Below, piece by piece: positions 30,117 through 38,957 of a DNA stretch of 64,000 nt (the stretch's first letter is position 1; the number at the start of each line of letters is the position of its first letter). Below the pieces are notes generated by a model, which was not told the origin of the DNA, searched no databases, and saw only the letters and a program-made list of their open reading frames with translations. The stretch lies in IMG/VR virus record IMGVR_UViG_3300018018_000001, positions 96,001 to 160,000 of that record. One strand, 5' to 3'. Origin of the DNA: a virus. The position numbers and the translations under genes were made by a program.

Positions 30117-30484
30117 TGATAACACTAAATGAAGCTATAAAGCTTTTGAATAAATATGCACCTTTGGGAACCCCGGAAGAGATTGAGAGGGCCATATACA
30201 AAGCGGAAGAGATTATAGGTGAATATAAATCTTTGTGATCTCCTGAGGAAATACAGGAAGCTTTGGAAGGGGCTAGTAATCTTCTTGAAAGATATAAGAC
30301 TTTTGGAACCCCTGATGAGATTGAAGAGGCTTTTGATTTGGCCAAACAAGCCCTTGGGGATTTAAAAAGCTTGGATGGATATTTAAAGAGTCAGGGGATA
30401 CAGACCCCAAGAGATCCAGTTATTCCCAAGACTGCCAAGGAAGTAATTGAAATGATTTCTAAAAGAAAGATCATTTTAGACTAA
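30116..30484 (+). pseudogene. Three-repeat (Y-x-x-L-G-T-P-E-E-I) protein interrupted by an in-frame TGA at 30236-30238
   Basis: The frame continues across the TGA, which occupies the Gly (GGA) position of repeat 2. Confidence 0.75.
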
Positions 30485-30509
30485 ACTTTTTTTGTCTTTC
30501 TGCCGATAA
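30482..30509 (+). promoter_or_regulatory. sigma28-like promoter P8
   Basis: TAAA-N16-GCCGATAA upstream of ORF 30529. Confidence 0.8.
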
Positions 30510-31469
30510 GATAGTTAGAGAGGGAATTATGAAAATAAGATGGGGAATTCAAATTAGGGATAAGGGACAGGTGGTTAGTATAAATCAATTCTTTTTGGAT
30601 ATCCCTGATGAAGAATTAGCAGTTTGTGAGACTACAGAGGAAAAGACTTCTTTGATTGAGTATTATGTAAATAAAGAATTTGAATGTAATTCCAATACTT
30701 TTTGGGAAGAAGTATGAATGTCATTAATACCATAAATGTCTATCCCCTTCTTGGATTATTGATACTGAGTGGTCTGTTAATCATCTATGGGATAGCCAAG
30801 ATAATAACCTATTTCATTAATAGGAGGTAACTGTGTCAAGAGCATTGGTCTACAATAATGCTTCGTGTCTTAAATGTGATTGCATAGAGAAAAGAATGGT
30901 CAAGATTGGTGCTTTCATCATGTGTAACAAATGCTTTGCGGAGGAATTTATAACCTCTGATCCTGTCTGCCAAGAGCGTAAATTATATCTCAAATGGCTA
31001 GAGGTCTACAAAAATAAAATAGAGGAGGAAGAGAGGGGAAGGTCATGAAAATCAACGGGAAGATTACTCTTTTGTGTGAAGGGGATAGTGTAAAACTTGA
31101 ATTGCATGATGATGATTCCAGCATAACCTTTGTTAGGGTTGAGCTTACTACTAAACAGTTTACCCAAGCTTTGGGCAGACTGGCCCATACTCCATGTAAG
31201 TCAATGGAAGTTAGGGGCCTAGAGCGGGTAGGGACAAAAATGGAAAATAAGGAATTTATTTTTGAGGTTCCTGAGGAATTACCCTATGAGAGAGCAGAAC
31301 GTAACAAGATCCTTATTCCCATTTTGTATAAAATCATTCCTGAAAGTTGGATTGCTGATATGGGTTTCAATTCTCAGAATTCCTTCTTTATGAATAAGGG
31401 GAAAAATTTTGCCAGTACCACAATTAGGAGATGGGTTAAGATCCCCCTACCTGAAAAGGAATAGGGTAA

Positions 31470-31877
31470 ATGATTTTTGAGAAAACTAAAAATTCCTGTT
31501 TGTTCCTGGGGGATTCTATAGAAGTCATGAGGGATAATTTCCCCTCTAATTCCATTGATGGGATAGTTTGTGATCCCCCCTATGGACTAAAATTTATGGG
31601 TAAAGGATGGGATTATGGGATTCCGGGGATTCCCTATTGGACTGAAATACTTAGAGTGGCCAAGCCCGGGGCATACCTTTTAGCCTTTGGGGGAACCCGT
31701 AAGTATCATAGGCTTGCTTGTGCTATAGAGGATGCTGGTTTTGAGATAAGAGACTGTTTAATGTGGGTATATGGGTCTGGATTCCCCAAGTCCATGGACA
31801 TAAGCAAGGCGATTAAAAAGGATATAGAGGACCAATTAAGAACTCAGGGAGTAATAGGAGAAATTCAGTGGAAATAA
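31470..31877 (+). CDS. N6/N4 DNA methyltransferase, N-terminal part
   Basis: GDSIEVM, CDPPYGL, AFGGTR.YHR, GFEIRD, YGSGFPKS. Confidence 0.85.
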   Translation: MIFEKTKNSCLFLGDSIEVMRDNFPSNSIDGIVCDPPYGLKFMGKGWDYGIPGIPYWTEILRVAKPGAYLLAFGGTRKYHRLACAIEDAGFEIRDCLMWVYGSGFPKSMDISKAIKKDIEDQLRTQGVIGEIQWK

Positions 31878-32320
31878 TCTGTGATAATAAGCTTTGCGGA
31901 AAAATTTTTAAATATAAATATGGACTAGCACACTTTAAAAAAAGTTTATCTCATTGTTGCTCAAGAAAATGTCAAAATACTACTCATGGATTGACAGGAA
32001 CTAAATATAAGGAAATTTGGGATCGTACAAAGAGAAGAGCTAAAAAGAACGAAGTTATTTTTACTTTGACTATCTATGATATCCCCCCAATTCCAGAGAG
32101 ATGCCCAATTTTAGGTATTAAAATTGTAGCAAATACGAAAGCGGGACCAATTGATTCCAGCCCTTCAATAGATAGAATTATACCTTCTTTTGGATATATT
32201 CCTGGAAATGTCAGAATCATAAGTAATAGAGCTAATAGAATACGTTCTGATGCTACTTCTAAAGAATTACATTTACTTGCAGAGGATCTTGAAAGGATAG
32301 AATGTCAATATTTAAAGTAA
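31868..32320 (+). mobile_element. HNH-like homing endonuclease ORF inserted in the methyltransferase gene
   Basis: CPILG...SPSIDRIIP..GY..GNV.IIS..AN; N-terminal CxxxxC...CCSRKC. Confidence 0.75.
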
Positions 32321-33360
32321 CTATTTTTGGAAAAGATTATGAAATTAAGCAAGATTCAGATGGTAAGTTTATAATGCCTGAGGAATTAAGACAGGAAGGA
32401 AAAGGTACTGGGCTGAAGCCAGGATGGGAACCTATCATCCTTGCCCGTAAGCCTGTGGAAGGGACGGTAGCGGAGAATATCCTCAAGTGGGGAACAGGAG
32501 GATTGAATATTGATGCTTGTCGAATTTCGGGAGAAACACCCTCTGTAGAGAGAAGGAAAAATAAGGCACCAGGGGAAAGTATTGGATCAACTGGATGGAT
32601 AACCCCAGCTAGACCAGAATCTTATAATGAACAAAGACCTGGAGAACAATTAGGACGTTTCCCTGCCAATTTACTTCTTGACTGTATTTGTAATGAGGTA
32701 ATTGAGACTGAAGAGATAAGGGTAGAGGGTAGGACAATCAGGACTCACAATAAAATCTATGGGGGTGGGAAGGGAACAAATGTAGGGGATGACCCCGGCC
32801 ACAAAATAAATAATAAGGTTTTGATTCATACCAATCCCGATTGCCCTTGTTATATGGTGGATAAACAAGGTTATGAAATGGGAGTCCATAATGCTGGCCA
32901 TGAAAGACATGGTATGAGAGATATAACAGGAGAAACTAAAGGAATATTTCCTGCCCATGGAAAGGGTGGTCATAGATTTGGGGATTCAGGTGGTGCCTCT
33001 AGGTTTTTCTACAGTTCCAAGTCCAGTAGGACAGAGAGGAATCAGGGAACAGAGGGTCTTTATTGGAAAAAGGCCGATAAATCGTTTATTAGGATTGAGG
33101 TAGGGGAATATGAGGGGTTAAGGGACGATTGTAGGGCCAGGGGCAACGTACACCCCACTGTTAAGCCAATTGGCCTCTGCCGATACCTCTGCCGATTGAT
33201 TATCCCTCCTGGGGGCATTATTTTGGACCCTTTCATGGGATCTGGGTCTACAGGGGTAGCCGCAGTCCAAGAAGGATTCAAGTTTGAGGGAATTGATAAT
33301 GATCCTGTGAGTTTCGAGATTTCTAAGGCCCGTATGCATTTTTTTGAAGAAAAGGTGTAA
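32302..33360 (+). CDS. N6/N4 DNA methyltransferase, C-terminal part
   Basis: GTGLKPGWEPIILARKP, GRFPAN, SRFFY, HPTVKP, ILDPFMGSGSTG. Confidence 0.85.
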   Translation: MSIFKVTIFGKDYEIKQDSDGKFIMPEELRQEGKGTGLKPGWEPIILARKPVEGTVAENILKWGTGGLNIDACRISGETPSVERRKNKAPGESIGSTGWITPARPESYNEQRPGEQLGRFPANLLLDCICNEVIETEEIRVEGRTIRTHNKIYGGGKGTNVGDDPGHKINNKVLIHTNPDCPCYMVDKQGYEMGVHNAGHERHGMRDITGETKGIFPAHGKGGHRFGDSGGASRFFYSSKSSRTERNQGTEGLYWKKADKSFIRIEVGEYEGLRDDCRARGNVHPTVKPIGLCRYLCRLIIPPGGIILDPFMGSGSTGVAAVQEGFKFEGIDNDPVSFEISKARMHFFEEKV

Positions 33361-33387
33361 TAGTAAGACCACTTTGGTGTTATTATA
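33354..33387 (+). promoter_or_regulatory. Class II promoter-like motif, copy 2
   Basis: GGTGTAATAGTAAGACCACTTTGGTGTTATTATA upstream of the sbcDC operon. Confidence 0.8.
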
Positions 33388-33418
33388 TAGGGTAGACTAA
33401 AAAATTAAGGGAGGATTT

Positions 33419-33616
33419 ATGAAGACCATTTACAAAGTAGTGCCGATGGAAACAGATGGATCAGTTCTGGATACTGAGAAATTCTTTAATGAATTCGGTG
33501 CCACTGGGTGGGAATTGCAGCATATAAAGACAGATCGGACAGATGAAAAGGGCAAGCCGATTGAGGATCTTTGCGTATTTATGAAACGTGTCAAAACAGA
33601 GGAAAAGAAAGCCTAA
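33419..33616 (+). CDS. DUF4177-like small protein
   Basis: YKVV...LNxxGxxGWEL-type pattern (FNEFGATGWEL) and FMKR end. Confidence 0.6.
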   Translation: MKTIYKVVPMETDGSVLDTEKFFNEFGATGWELQHIKTDRTDEKGKPIEDLCVFMKRVKTEEKKA

Positions 33617-34629
33617 TGAAAATACTTGCATATGCCGACCAACATTTCAGAGAGTTTGGTTCTTTTGCTCCTTGGAACCGGGTAGACTCCAACGGCCTAA
33701 CTCCTGAACTTAATAACTTAATCAAGGGTTGCCGTTTTGTGGCTAATATGATTGCCGAATTGCAACCAGACATGGTTGTAAACCTGGGAGATATAATTAA
33801 TAACCAAGAAACTGTGAGCGTGAAAACTTTGCATGGTATTCATCTTGGCCTGAAAATGATTAATAAAGCATGCGGGAAAACTCCCCATTATTGTATTCCA
33901 GGCCAACACGATTGCCTTAGCGAAACTCAAGGCATATATTCAATTAGCCCTTTGGTAGGATACTTTACCGACATTTTTACTGAGGTCATGCATGTAATCA
34001 TGAAGGATGGTAGGACAGTAGCTTTCATTCCTTACATGTCTGATCCAGAAAAGATGTATAAGACTTTAGTTTCTTTGCCCTCAGAAATCAAGCTTGTCTT
34101 TTGCCACCATGATTTTGCTGGAGCTAAATATGAAAATGGGCATGAATCAGAATCAGCAACCTCTTCTGATTTCCCATTTACGATAATCGCAGGGGATATT
34201 CATTTGCCCCAATCAGTGGGATCTGTAATCTATGCAGGATCTTTAGTCCAAAACAAGTTTCAGCAGTACAAGCTTAATGATAATGGTGTTCTTCTTTATG
34301 ATACTGAAACTAGGCTCTATAATCGGTTCCAAAATACAATGAGCAAACACTACGTTGTGGTTAATGACCTGGAAAGCCTGGGAAACCTTGATCCTGATAA
34401 AGCCATTCTGAAGGTGGTTTCAGATATTCCCAAAGAGGAAATAGAAAAGATTCTCTCAAAGTATGAATATGTATATTTCCCTCACAAGACCAAAGAGGAA
34501 GGTGATGGTGAGCGGTCGTATTCAGAATTGAATGTGGAGAATCCGGTAGAAGCCCTGCGGAATTTTATTTCTCAGGATAAACCTGAAGCCCTTGAAACAT
34601 TTAATAAGATAGTAAGAAAGGAGAAGTAA
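33616..34629 (+). CDS. sbcD: SbcD/Mre11 (gp47-like) nuclease
   Basis: ADQH, NLGD, GQHD, CHHD, GDIH phosphoesterase motifs; TAATG coupling. Confidence 0.88.
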   Translation: MKILAYADQHFREFGSFAPWNRVDSNGLTPELNNLIKGCRFVANMIAELQPDMVVNLGDIINNQETVSVKTLHGIHLGLKMINKACGKTPHYCIPGQHDCLSETQGIYSISPLVGYFTDIFTEVMHVIMKDGRTVAFIPYMSDPEKMYKTLVSLPSEIKLVFCHHDFAGAKYENGHESESATSSDFPFTIIAGDIHLPQSVGSVIYAGSLVQNKFQQYKLNDNGVLLYDTETRLYNRFQNTMSKHYVVVNDLESLGNLDPDKAILKVVSDIPKEEIEKILSKYEYVYFPHKTKEEGDGERSYSELNVENPVEALRNFISQDKPEALETFNKIVRKEK

Positions 34630-34630
34630 T

Positions 34631-34960
34631 ATGATTCATAGAATGGATTTCATTAACCCTGAATTTTATCCAGGAATAGGTGTCTCTGTCAGAAGAGGGG
34701 ATAAGTGGTACAATAAAGCCAGGGTTGGGGATACTGTAGAATTGACACTAAAGGGATGTGAAAATCCAGTAAATTCCGCTAAGATTGTGGGAATAGCCTA
34801 TCTCCCCTTTATTTTGATTCCAGAACAATTCCTTTCCTATGAGCATGACTTGACTTGTGATAACTTTGTGGGCCTATTAGAGGCCATGAAGAAGGCTTAT
34901 CCCGATTTCTCAGCAGAGGAATTAGTGACAATAGTTATATTCATGATTGATTCTGAATGA
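34631..34960 (+). CDS. Hypothetical protein, PUA/ASCH-like
   Basis: SVRRGDKW...VGDTVEL...MKKAYPDF. Confidence 0.45.
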   Translation: MIHRMDFINPEFYPGIGVSVRRGDKWYNKARVGDTVELTLKGCENPVNSAKIVGIAYLPFILIPEQFLSYEHDLTCDNFVGLLEAMKKAYPDFSAEELVTIVIFMIDSE

Positions 34961-35235
34961 TCTTGAAAGACGGGCTCTATCGGGTAGTAACCGATTATTT
35001 TGTAGCTGGATTCATTATCAAGAATGGGAGGGTAATAAAGTGGGCTCCTATTCTTAATAGGAAAATTGACTACTGGATCTTTCAAGCGGAATGGGTTTGT
35101 GATTAATGAATAAAGTTGATAAAGAAATATTTAGATTTAGTGGTTGGTGTTTTATTATTGGAGCCTTTGTTATAGGAATAATTTTATTTATTGTTAATTT
35201 CATAATTTTAGCTACCTAATAATGGGGAGGAAAAA

Positions 35236-35520
35236 ATGATTATTGAAAACTCTTATGGAAATGGACCAAATAAAATGCACTCCTTAAAAACAGAGCACTC
35301 TTGTTGGAGAGCTATTTATGATGGTATAAAATCATTTGAATATAGAAAGAATGATCGAAACTATAAAGTAGGGGATACACTCCTTCTTATGGATTACTAC
35401 CCTGAAACAGAGAGCACTGGTGGAGAAATTCATGCTGATATAACATATATCCTTTACGGGGGAAAACTTGGAATACCAGAAGGGTATTGTATTATGCAAC
35501 TAAAAATTATTGCTAAGTAA
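35236..35520 (+). CDS. DUF3850/ASCH-domain protein
   Basis: HSLKT...G.KSFEYRKNDRNYKVGD. Confidence 0.85.
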   Translation: MIIENSYGNGPNKMHSLKTEHSCWRAIYDGIKSFEYRKNDRNYKVGDTLLLMDYYPETESTGGEIHADITYILYGGKLGIPEGYCIMQLKIIAK

Positions 35521-35538
35521 AGAGAGAAAATAATAAAA

Positions 35539-37317
35539 TTGATTAAGTTTCGTGAATTTGGGGGTAAGGATGTATTCCAGTATGAGAATTTTAATCTAAA
35601 AATTACTCCTGGGAAACATCTTATCATTGGTAAGAATCTATCTGAAGCTAACGCAAATTCCAATGGATCTGGAAAATCCTCTATTCCTGAAACCCTTGAT
35701 TGGATTTTGTTTAAGAAATCTTCTGAAGGTGCAGGGAAAGATGGGATGGATATTTCCAGGAATTGGAAGGGAGGTTCTTCAGGTTCAGTAAAATTCTTTG
35801 CCAATGAGCATAACTATGAAATTGATAGATATGGAAAGGCTAAAGGAAAAGACAAATGCTTGGACAATGCCGTTAAGCTTTTGGAAGATGGTGACGATAT
35901 CTCCCAAAGGCTACCTACCCAAGTTGATGATGAGATAATTAAACTCATTGGAATGGATTATGATATCGCCTCTATGACCATTACTGTCCTGCAGGGTCTA
36001 CCATCCAATTTCTCTACCCTTATGCCTACTGTCCGTAAGGGATATATTGAAAACATGGTGGGGTTTTCTGTTTGGGATGATATTAAGAAACTCCTGGATA
36101 AATTCCTATCAGCCGAAAATGTTAAGATAGATGACAAGACAAGTAAATTCCAGGCTGAGCGTGAAAAAATGATCAACCTGAATTCGAGACTCCAAGCCTT
36201 GAAGGATGCCGGGAAAACCCAAAAAGATCAAATCATGGCCGATATAAAGAAGATCAAAGCGGATTTATTCCCTGTCCTTACGGCTTTAGAAGGAATTGCC
36301 AAGGATAGAGTTGAAATTTCCAAAAAGTTTTTGGGGGAACAGAAAACTGAAGAATTGAAAAAGACTAAGCTTTTCGGAATGACTATCCTAAACGAATCCA
36401 AATCTACAATATCTAATTTGGATTCTACTATTATGTCTTTATCCAGTAGAGCAAATGATTTTCGTAAAATACTTAGCACTAAAATATGTCCAACTTGTAA
36501 ACAAAATTTTCCTGAATCCACAATTAAGGATGCAGAAGAATCAGTTATTGAACTTGATGCCAAAAATGAGAGGGTAAAGAGTACCAAACCTTTCTTTGTT
36601 GAAATCAGGGATAAGCTTGAGATTATCGAGAGAGAGGATACCAAGCTGAGCACTACCAAGACCATGCTTGAAAACCAGATCCTTTCTTTGGTCAGTTCAT
36701 TGGAAAAGGAGGATGAGACAGGGGAGATTTCTAAGCTGGAAACCGCTCTTACTGCTCTTACTGATACGGTTAACTTGATTAGCGTTAGCATGGCCGAAAT
36801 CAACAAGGAAATTGGCTACCTCACTTACCTGAGTGACTTGCTCAAGCCTTCCTCCAAGTTTCGGAGTTCTACCCTGGAAAAATATTTAAAGTATATAAAT
36901 TCAGATATTTTGGGCCGAATTTGCCCAATTATACTTGACAAAATAGGGGTTGATCTGGTAATATCAACTGATAAGCGTGGATCAGGGGTTGACCTCCAGA
37001 TTACAAAAGATGGTAAGGTAATCCCATATAAATCCAGGTCAGGGGGAGAGAAAAGGAGAATTGACGTTGCTCTTATCCTTGCCTTCCAAAGATTCCTTTT
37101 GGAAATCTACTCAGTATCTACTAACCTACTTTTCTTCGATGAAATTATGGACCCTTTGGACAATAGAGGGGTTGAGACAGTTTTGAATTGCATCGACATT
37201 CTCTTTCCAGAAAACATGGCTATCTATATCATAACCCATAAAGAGGCTTTCAAAGATCTTTTTGACGATGTGATAACGGTAGTTAAACAGAATGATATAA
37301 GCAAAATAGAGGGGTGA
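35539..37317 (+). CDS. sbcC: SbcC/Rad50 (gp46-like) ATPase
   Basis: Walker A NGSGKSS, coiled coil with zinc hook CPTC, signature SGGEKRR, Walker B FFDE. Confidence 0.92.
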   Translation: MIKFREFGGKDVFQYENFNLKITPGKHLIIGKNLSEANANSNGSGKSSIPETLDWILFKKSSEGAGKDGMDISRNWKGGSSGSVKFFANEHNYEIDRYGKAKGKDKCLDNAVKLLEDGDDISQRLPTQVDDEIIKLIGMDYDIASMTITVLQGLPSNFSTLMPTVRKGYIENMVGFSVWDDIKKLLDKFLSAENVKIDDKTSKFQAEREKMINLNSRLQALKDAGKTQKDQIMADIKKIKADLFPVLTALEGIAKDRVEISKKFLGEQKTEELKKTKLFGMTILNESKSTISNLDSTIMSLSSRANDFRKILSTKICPTCKQNFPESTIKDAEESVIELDAKNERVKSTKPFFVEIRDKLEIIEREDTKLSTTKTMLENQILSLVSSLEKEDETGEISKLETALTALTDTVNLISVSMAEINKEIGYLTYLSDLLKPSSKFRSSTLEKYLKYINSDILGRICPIILDKIGVDLVISTDKRGSGVDLQITKDGKVIPYKSRSGGEKRRIDVALILAFQRFLLEIYSVSTNLLFFDEIMDPLDNRGVETVLNCIDILFPENMAIYIITHKEAFKDLFDDVITVVKQNDISKIEG

Positions 37318-37320
37318 GGT

Positions 37321-37857
37321 ATGCCAAAAAAAGGGGCTCAGACAGGAAATCAGTTTGAAAGGGATATTGCCAGAAAATTGGGGGAGGCAATCTATAAGGA
37401 TAAGGATGCTATTTGGAGGACACACGGTAGCGGTGGTTGGAAGAGGGCAAAAGATAATAAGAGTGGGATTCATCCAGGAGATCTTTATCCAGTAAAACAG
37501 GTTCCCTTCCCCTTCGAGTTTGTGGTAGAATGCAAAGACCGAAGAGGGTGGTCCCTGGATGACTTCATGAATCTTAACAAAAAGAATAAGATTCTTTCAT
37601 GGTGGGAAAAGCTGCTAAATGATATTCAACTTGCCGGGGAACAATACCTATCCCATTATCCAGTGATCATTATAACCAAGCCCTATTTTGCTGAATTAGC
37701 TATCCTTTCTCTGAATGAACACCAGTATCCGTTTGATAATTTAAGTTTTCATCATATGCGCTTTGATCGTTTTATTATTATGTTTTTCAATGACTTTTGC
37801 AATTTCTTAGAAAAAAGATACAAAGAAAAATTTACTCCAACTGAAGAAAAGGTGTAA
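37321..37857 (+). CDS. Holliday junction resolvase (Hjc-type PD-(D/E)xK)
   Basis: G..FER.IA..L, SGG, GDL, VECK. Confidence 0.8.
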   Translation: MPKKGAQTGNQFERDIARKLGEAIYKDKDAIWRTHGSGGWKRAKDNKSGIHPGDLYPVKQVPFPFEFVVECKDRRGWSLDDFMNLNKKNKILSWWEKLLNDIQLAGEQYLSHYPVIIITKPYFAELAILSLNEHQYPFDNLSFHHMRFDRFIIMFFNDFCNFLEKRYKEKFTPTEEKV

Positions 37858-37884
37858 TAGTAAAGGCACTTTGGTGTTATTATA
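37851..37884 (+). promoter_or_regulatory. Class II promoter-like motif, copy 3
   Basis: Identical to copy 1; upstream of the SSB/recA operon. Confidence 0.8.
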
Positions 37885-37913
37885 TAGTATGGAAAAAATA
37901 AAGGGAGGTAGAT

Positions 37914-38453
37914 ATGGACACAGATAGGTATGAGGAAGTGCAACCAGCGGATTATACTCTGTTAACAAAAGTCAGGGAAGAGAAATTTGCATTCTTGAAT
38001 GATGCCAATATCAAGATTCTCCTTGACACAAAGAAAAAGATTTCCGAAAAGAAGCTTGTCCTGGCCAAAATTCACAAGCCCAATGAATTGGTTAAACATT
38101 TTGTTGAGGAAGGGGTTAACTACATTATCATAGCGGATAAGGTAGTTTGGGATGTAGCCCCTGAAATGGATAAGATAAGGCTCTTTCGACATGAGCTTAG
38201 ACATGCTTACATTTCGGCTACTGGCGGCTTCGATTTAGTAGGACATGACTTTGAGGATTTCTATGAGGAAGCCAAACTGAATTCCGATGATCCCGATTGG
38301 AAACGAAGAATTGCCACCCTTGCGGAAGATATTTATACCCAAAGGGAAGAGCAAGCAAAGGCAGCTAAAAAGTCAGGAAGGAAACCTGGAAGGCCCCGAA
38401 AAGAGGAATCTAAGAGTGCTGAACAGAGTGCTCAGGAAAAGATGTTCACGTAG
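37914..38453 (+). CDS. Putative phage metallopeptidase
   Basis: HELRH (HExxH) and HDFEDF; basic C-terminal tail. Confidence 0.7.
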   Translation: MDTDRYEEVQPADYTLLTKVREEKFAFLNDANIKILLDTKKKISEKKLVLAKIHKPNELVKHFVEEGVNYIIIADKVVWDVAPEMDKIRLFRHELRHAYISATGGFDLVGHDFEDFYEEAKLNSDDPDWKRRIATLAEDIYTQREEQAKAAKKSGRKPGRPRKEESKSAEQSAQEKMFT

Positions 38454-38462
38454 GGGGTCTAT

Positions 38463-38941
38463 TTGGAATACAACCTAAAGGGGGTTATAGATTTAATTCC
38501 CCTGGAAATTAGAAAGAAAACTCCAGGAATTGGAAAGGTGGTATCTCTCATTCTCTCTTTGATTGTTAGTTTAAAGGATGGAGATAGGATTTCAATTCCT
38601 GGGATTACCATGGAAAAGTATTTGGATAACTTACTGGTTATTGATTCAAAAGTAAGTCCAATGGACATGCTAAAAACCTTTGAGGAAAACAATCTTCTGG
38701 GCGGGAATGATAAGAGGTTAATGTCATGAAAATATTAATTGCATTATTTTTTAGTCTTTTAATTATTTATTCCTGTTCTGGTGGGGTAACAAAAGATGGG
38801 ATAGACAAAGCTGAAAAGCTTTGTAAAGATCATGGTGGCATTAATAATTTAGAATCATTTCTATTAACTGACTCAGACAATTCGATTGTCTATTGTAAGG
38901 ATGGGGTTGTATTCAAGGCTTGGTATAATTATAAAAAATAA
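38463..38941 (+). other. Hypothetical protein 38463-38729 and lipoprotein-like 38726-38941
   Basis: The second has a signal peptide with IYS-C. Confidence 0.55.
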
Positions 38942-38957
38942 AGGGAGGGTGTAAAAG

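Larger units (their letters stand above)
29053..31464 (+). other. Small hypothetical proteins (29053-29367, 29370-29567 TM, 29581-29874, 30529-30717, 30833-31048, 31045-31464)
   Basis: Packed co-oriented ORFs. Confidence 0.6.

Noticed and set aside
30236-30238. Genome-wide stop-codon reassignment or selenocysteine at this TGA
   Set aside because: TGA and TAG terminate many intact genes (for example 34960, 37317, 48539, 24477, 29060). The codon aligns with Gly rather than Cys/Trp, and no SECIS-like hairpin was seen.
31868-32320. Group I/II intron or intein in the methyltransferase
   Set aside because: The three ORFs overlap each other, leaving no ribozyme sequence; there are no Cys/His-Asn splice junctions and the frames differ.
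33346-37856. Shared C-terminal EEKV in the MTase and resolvase as a protein tag
   Set aside because: The DNA is identical (GAAGAAAAGGTGTAA) and overlaps the class II promoter motif, so it is a by-product of the DNA element, unlike the synonymous-variable RKIRLD tails.
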